A stretch of DNA of 61,114 nt, the filler included. It is 4 parts of 4 records of this genome, joined end to end, with 100 filler letters (N's around TTAATTAATTAA, not from the genome) between each part and the next. Parts side by side here need not be neighbours in the genome. Positions count along the whole stretch, not along the records: positions 34,894 to 61,114 come from SRR31147125_16857; 3 more parts are not named here. One strand, written 5' to 3'. Under the pieces are notes generated by a model that was given only the letters and a program-made list of their open reading frames with translations, made no database searches and was not told where the DNA came from. How positions within the stretch are numbered: position 1 is the first letter of the stretch; the number at the start of each line of letters is the position of its first letter. This document shows positions 59,568 through 61,114 of this stretch, piece after piece. Position numbers and translations under genes: made by a program.

Positions 59568-59804
59568 TTGGTGATGAGTAAAACAGAAAAGTTGAATTCT
59601 GGTCAGAAAGCAAAGAACGGGCGGGGAAGTTTATTTCGATGTCCAAGATGTGGCTATCCGTATTCCCGGGTGATGGAAACCTTTGAGATTACAAAATGTC
59701 ATAAAATGCGATTTCGTTTATGTGCAAATAAAGATTGTGGATTTTTATTCGAAACCGTGGAAATACTGGCAAAAGATTTTAAATTAAGAAAAAAGTATGC
59801 ATAA
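59568..59804 (+). CDS. Ogr/Delta-like (or NrdR N-terminal-like) C4 zinc-finger protein
   Basis: CPRC-x23-CANKDC followed by GFLFETVE; exact start uncertain. Confidence 0.7.
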   Translation: MVMSKTEKLNSGQKAKNGRGSLFRCPRCGYPYSRVMETFEITKCHKMRFRLCANKDCGFLFETVEILAKDFKLRKKYA

Positions 59805-60055
59805 AAGACGCCGGTTTTAAGCAGATCGAATGAGTCCTGATACAAGAAAAAAATAACCTGTTTATGGATTCCAATTACTTCCCGGCACAACATTTAAGCT
59901 CATTAAGAAAAGGCATCAATTTGCATCTTTTTGGGCATAAATCAGCTGTTACGTTGCAGTGGATTTGCCTGTGGCTTGCACACCTTTTGATATGTGATCC
60001 ATCTAACCGGTTTGCTTTGCCCGTTACTCACAGAGAAATAATATACCACAGATTT

Positions 60056-60940
60056 TTAAAGTTCATTTATATCTTTACTAATCATTTCAAATTGTTCGCT
60101 TTTGCGAATAAAGGGTATTTGCAGATAATCCGTTGTGAACGTAAATGGATCTATTCCCATACTTTCATATAATGCATCCGGAATCTGGTCATTATTGGGA
60201 AGTACATGGGGTATGAATTCATACGTGCCTACATCAAAGCGTATTCTTCTCAAATTTATCCAGTATTGCCAGCTTTTTCCGTCGGCATCAACAGTTGCAT
60301 AATAGGGCCTTGTTGTACCGGACGATAAACCGTAAAATGTAATTTCACCTGTATCCATGTTTTTCCGGTAAACGCCACCAATAAGGCTTGCGTTAGCATT
60401 TGTAAGGATGATTTGGACCGGATTCGATTTTGCTGTTATTGTGGTGGTAATTGTAACTGTTAAAGTATCCAAATTGTTTGCTTGTTTTGGAGACATATCC
60501 GTATGTACGTCAAAAAGTTTTGATAAGGTTTTGGTTAAACGGCCGTTTTTGTCCAGGTCGCCTTCGGAATAAACAAATTCCCCATCTTTGAGAAAAATTT
60601 GTGCTGTGACGAGATTATAATTTGCCACATATATAAAAAGAGTAAAAGTACCGGTCAGCCCACCGCTGGCTCCCAACGTTGATTGGCTTGGCAGGGTTAA
60701 AGAGAACTCACCCTGCTCATCGGTAAACGTGCCAATTTTTACACCATCGAGCCATACATAGGCTCCATTTTCCGGTGTCTCTTCATCAAATGTGATAGTC
60801 CCATGCATTTGTCGATGTCCGGCACTTATTTCATCATCGCCAAATGGATTTTCACAGTTTAATACAAAAACAAATAAAGGTATTAGTAAATAGAGTAATT
60901 TTTTAGACATACCATTTGCTCCAAAAAGAGTAAAAGACAT
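60056..60940 (-). CDS. Putative lipoprotein with carboxypeptidase-regulatory-like beta-sandwich
   Basis: MSKKLLYLLIPLFVFVLNC lipobox-like signal; GTFTDEQGEFSL. Confidence 0.7.
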   Translation of the reverse strand: MSFTLFGANGMSKKLLYLLIPLFVFVLNCENPFGDDEISAGHRQMHGTITFDEETPENGAYVWLDGVKIGTFTDEQGEFSLTLPSQSTLGASGGLTGTFTLFIYVANYNLVTAQIFLKDGEFVYSEGDLDKNGRLTKTLSKLFDVHTDMSPKQANNLDTLTVTITTTITAKSNPVQIILTNANASLIGGVYRKNMDTGEITFYGLSSGTTRPYYATVDADGKSWQYWINLRRIRFDVGTYEFIPHVLPNNDQIPDALYESMGIDPFTFTTDYLQIPFIRKSEQFEMISKDINEL

Positions 60941-61114
60941 TAAATCTGAGAACCTACAGTCAAATAGAATCTTCGATCACGAATAGCAAGACCCTGAAGG
61001 AGGACATCATCGTCGTTAAGAAGATTTCGGCCAGTAAAATTAACAAAGAATTTAAGGCCCATTACGTTTAACGTTTTGCTGATATGCATATCCAGGTTGG
61101 TGAATTTTTCCAGG
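60940..61114 (-). CDS. C-terminal fragment of a probable TonB-dependent receptor
   Basis: Hand-translated ...FTNLDMHISKTL...FTGRNLLND...RRFYLTVGSQI*; stop overlaps the next ATG (TAATG). Confidence 0.65.
   Translation of the reverse strand, partial: LEKFTNLDMHISKTLNVMGLKFFVNFTGRNLLNDDDVLLQGLAIRDRRFYLTVGSQI

Noticed and set aside
1-61114. CRISPR arrays, IS elements, integrases, rRNA
   Set aside because: No regularly spaced direct repeats, transposase/integrase motifs or rRNA-like sequence were seen.

Overview
The window is not one continuous locus. Four contigs are joined by artificial 100-nt spacers (N-run + TTAATTAATTAA + N-run) at 9724-9823, 26370-26469 and 34794-34893. Contigs 1, 2 and 4 are AT-rich and look like a diderm FCB-group bacterium (KSB1/Calditrichota/Ignavibacteria-like; taxonomy is inference). 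Contig 1 is housekeeping: VWA protein, tsaD, cdaR/ybbR, rplI-rpsR-ssb-rpsF, pth, rplY, prs and a partial tRNA-Gln. Contig 2 carries pgpA-cinA-thpR-recA-recX, a PLP trans-sulfuration enzyme, alaS, an archaeal-type GGGP synthase, a PHP phosphatase, a BatA/VWA protein, hflX, a beta-propeller protein and folC. Contig 3 is visibly more GC-rich and may come from another organism. It holds glycosyltransferases, a beta-helix protein, a secreted protein and an IPTL-CTERM/exosortase H sorting module. Contig 4 holds the two most interesting systems. The first is a type IV pilus locus (pilM-like, pilT, pilB, pilC) with an almost leaderless MG|QQQ pilin and an apparently deconstructed PilS/PilR circuit: a sensor with no ATPase domain, a sigma54 activator with no receiver, and two REC-cNMP proteins. 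The second is a tandem thymidylate-kinase-like pair (one with a K-to-R P-loop), an unknown basic protein and ppx, a candidate bacterial family-3 polyphosphate kinase operon. sbcDC, sppA, a porin, glxK, purC and an Ogr-like zinc finger follow. Many frameshifts sit in homopolymer runs and are most likely sequencing errors.
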